Positions 61,501 through 64,000 of a DNA stretch of 64,000 bases are shown here, piece after piece; position 1 is the first letter of the stretch; each line of letters opens with the position of its first letter. The DNA comes from Klebsormidium nitens (Eukaryota; Plantae; Klebsormidiophyceae). The notes below the pieces were generated by a model. It saw only the letters and a program-made list of their open reading frames with translations. It searched no databases and had not been told where the DNA came from. The stretch covers positions 62,001 to 126,000 of the forward strand of contig DF236971.1 in assembly GCA_000708835.1 (NCBI GenBank), written 5' to 3'. Position numbers and translations under genes: made by a program.

Positions 61501-64000
61501 ATGGACCAGGACGATGCCAATCATTGCCGGGTTTGCAGACAAGGGTCTGGCTTTATACGCATAGGTGGTGGTGAGATTGACTTGGAGAATCAATCTCTTC
61601 AGCAGTGAATAGCCACACATTTTTCGCAACTCCATAAGATAGCACAAGCACGAGATGGGGCGATGTGAAAAATCAACGGGAAAAGGAAGTGGCAAACGAA
61701 ATTTTGGGCCGACAGAAAGCGATACACATTGCGTCAGGCTCAAGGTTGCTAGAGCTTCGACTGGGCCTGTTTCGATTCAGAAGCTCCAAGTTTGTTCTGG
61801 TGAAGGATGAGCGGTGAGAAGGCAACGAACTAATTACGAAAGCGCCATAGATCGTACCCGTATCGCATCACAGAAATCAAATTGTGCAGGAAACCCGGAC
61901 GCGGGATCCTGAGCTCGCTCGCTTCAACCTTGATTAAGGGGTGTCAATCTGCCTGCAGCGGAAAGACGCAGCGGAGAGGATTGGCATGTCTTTCGCCGAA
62001 ACATCCCCACAGAAGGTGGATCAACCTAGACCCTCAGAGATGCTAACGCCTCATCATTTCCAGCCTCCTCAAGCTCGGCGTTTCTCACCTGGAACGGTGA
62101 ACCCCCCAACCTCCGGCTCCGCCACGCCAAACGTAATCGGGAGCGCGTTCTCGCGCTTCCCCTGCACCTTATGGTGCGCAAAGTTCACATGGGCGGGGTC
62201 CAGCACGTTCTCTACCAGAGTGTCCCAGTTGTAAGGGAGCTCCCGGTAGACCCACTGGTACGTAAAGTCGGGGTCGGAAAGAGTGCTGTCAATGCGCGGG
62301 GGAGTGGCCAGGGCCTCCAATGCCGAGCGCTCGTCGGGCCACACCCAGAGGAGGCCCACCTCTTCCTGCCAGACCAAGGTTTATTCAGAGTCGGGCGGGA
62401 AATGGTTACACACAAGGAAACCAGAAGGATCCTCACATTTTCGGAGCCCAATTTCAAAGCCCAACAGGGTCGATACCAATCTGAGTCCTTACTAAGCAAT
62501 GCTTTGGGGAGCGTCCCGGCCCTTTCCAGGGCAGGAGAGAGAGTCACAACAAGCAGGGCCAAAGAAAGAGGCCTACCTTCAGACGTCAGCGCAAACTGTA
62601 GTGTTTGGCCTGTCTACTCAACAGCGTACACTAAGGTTGGAGACTAAAAGCTCTCGGCCATCTTGCCTCAAACGTAGTCAATGCTCGTCCCAGAGGAGGA
62701 TTGCAATGAAAGTAGGACCAGGCCTGCCACCGTCTGCTGGGTGGAAGCCTGGATTTCGATGCTGACAGTGGGATCCAAACGGCCCCTGTTCCACCACATT
62801 TCTGCTCATTATGCAGCTTGATTAACCGGCTTTTGCGTTTGCGCACAACAGTCCTACAAACCTCGTTCAAGGAGAGTCACTGTCTTTGTCGGAATCCTGA
62901 AAGCGGAAGTCTTCGACCACAACTGCTGTGTGCCGCCACGTTACACCATTATCCACCGGCTCGTGAATCTCACCTTGATAGGAAGAGCCACTGCGCATGC
63001 CAGTTTGGAGTCCAGCGCTTTCCGCTCGTCTTCGTCAGCCTGGGGTATCAGAGTGCAGTTTCCCTGGGGGCCAAATACCCAACCGTGATATGAGCACTGC
63101 AGGCCCCCAGATTCGTGAATCCGCCCCTCGGAGAGGGGGGCGAAACGGTGGGGGCAGCGGTCGAGGTGGCAGCGCCAGCTGTGATGGAGGGAAAGAGCAT
63201 TTACAATCTTGAGAAACGGTTGTCCATCATGTTTGTCAACGCAACAGGATGGGGGAAGCAACTCAACGTGCAAAGCACAATGTTGATTCTTCAGAGGTTC
63301 ATTGATCGGCTGTGCGAAGGCAGAGGGGGCCAGCCTTTAGAACAGCACGGACATCTGCCGTCTGAGGGCAGGTGACTGAGAGAAAGAGCTCCCAACATAA
63401 AGTGGGGACAGTTGGATCTCAAAAAGCCTCAAATTCAGCCTTTGACCGACTGATTTGATCGAGGGCCCAAACACAGGATCAGAGGACTTCTATAACCAGC
63501 TAAATAATAATCCTCCTAGTGCGAGAGCTCAGGGTATAGAAGCTGCCAGCTCTTGTCAAACCTAACCTTCTGAGTTTTTCCCTGCTGCCAAAATCGATTG
63601 TATCAATCTTCTAAATCTGTCAGAATCATCAAATTGATGAAAATTCCACAAATGAATGGTTCCAAATACCCGTGATTATCACAATACAACTTAGGATACT
63701 CCGCAATGCTGCCCCCTCCCGCAGCATTGGCTCAATCCCCAACACCTCAAAAACTGGAAAGTTATAAAACCCCAAAAAGTTGGACTATCAAATGGGGCAT
63801 CAATTACTCACTTCTTGTCCTGGTCCCTCCACAACACGAGTCGCTTCCCCAGCACCATGATCCCCTTGGGTTTTTTCGGGTCCAGGTCCTCCACCACTGC
63901 TGCCGGGTACCAAGCCTTCGCCCAATCCATCTGCTTTCTCCCTTCTCTGATCCTTTCCTCCACCTTGTCCACAGGCGCCTCTGTTTGCACGGCCTGCGTC
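58553..64000 (-). CDS. Pheophorbide a oxygenase-family Rieske oxygenase (PAO / PTC52 / ACD1-like), 5' end outside the window
   Basis: Exons >64000-63812, 63178-62974, 62365-62089, 61047-60803, 60232-59915 and 58789-58553 are phase-consistent. Motifs: Rieske CPHRFAPLSEG...CSYHGW, mononuclear-iron ENVLDPAHVNFAHH, YFMPTKSD...AFRKW, HTQHCSAC (CxxC) and a C-terminal hydrophobic hairpin. The paralog cannot be fixed by eye. Confidence 0.9.
60668..60705 (+). repeat. Interstitial telomere-like tract (TTTTAGGG variants)
   Basis: TTTTAGGG TTTTGAGG TTTCAGG TTTTAGGG TTTCAGG inside an intron of the PAO-family gene. Confidence 0.65.
60985..61410 (-). repeat. Two echo copies of a PAO-family exon start
   Basis: CTTCCGCAG|GCATCGGCAAAATGGGCAACTTTCCGGTCCCCAACATC (61047) recurs with intact AG at 61227. 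A 5'-truncated copy lies a further 187 bp upstream (~61340-61400). Confidence 0.9.

Noticed and set aside
1-64000. Search for tRNA, rRNA and autonomous transposon genes
   Set aside because: No cloverleaf with A/B boxes, rRNA signature, or RT, integrase or transposase motif was recognised.

Overview
This is eukaryotic, intron-rich genomic DNA with GT-AG introns, GC3/CpG-rich exons and one 418-N gap. The gene content (flippase, oleosin-like, PAO-family Rieske oxygenase, YidD) and an interstitial TTTTAGGG tract suggest a streptophyte green alga of the Klebsormidium type. That taxon call is inference. I built phase-consistent spliced models by hand for seven recognisable genes: a ZIFL-like MFS transporter (+), YidD/UPF0161 (+), a TTC39/IML2-like TPR protein (+), an oleosin-like protein (-), a P4-ATPase/ALA flippase (-), a membrane-anchored BNR/Asp-box sialidase-fold protein (+) and a 5'-truncated PAO/PTC52-family oxygenase (-). 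Orphan ORFs lie at about 13-19 kb. The main unexplained signal is a set of 'splice-junction echoes'. About 31 degenerate intronic copies of exon ends, each usually with its splice site, sit at 15 junctions in 4 unrelated genes. They are spaced mostly 144-191 bp apart, include a higher-order dimer, and show CpG-type decay. All coordinates and alignments were read by eye and may be off by a few bases.
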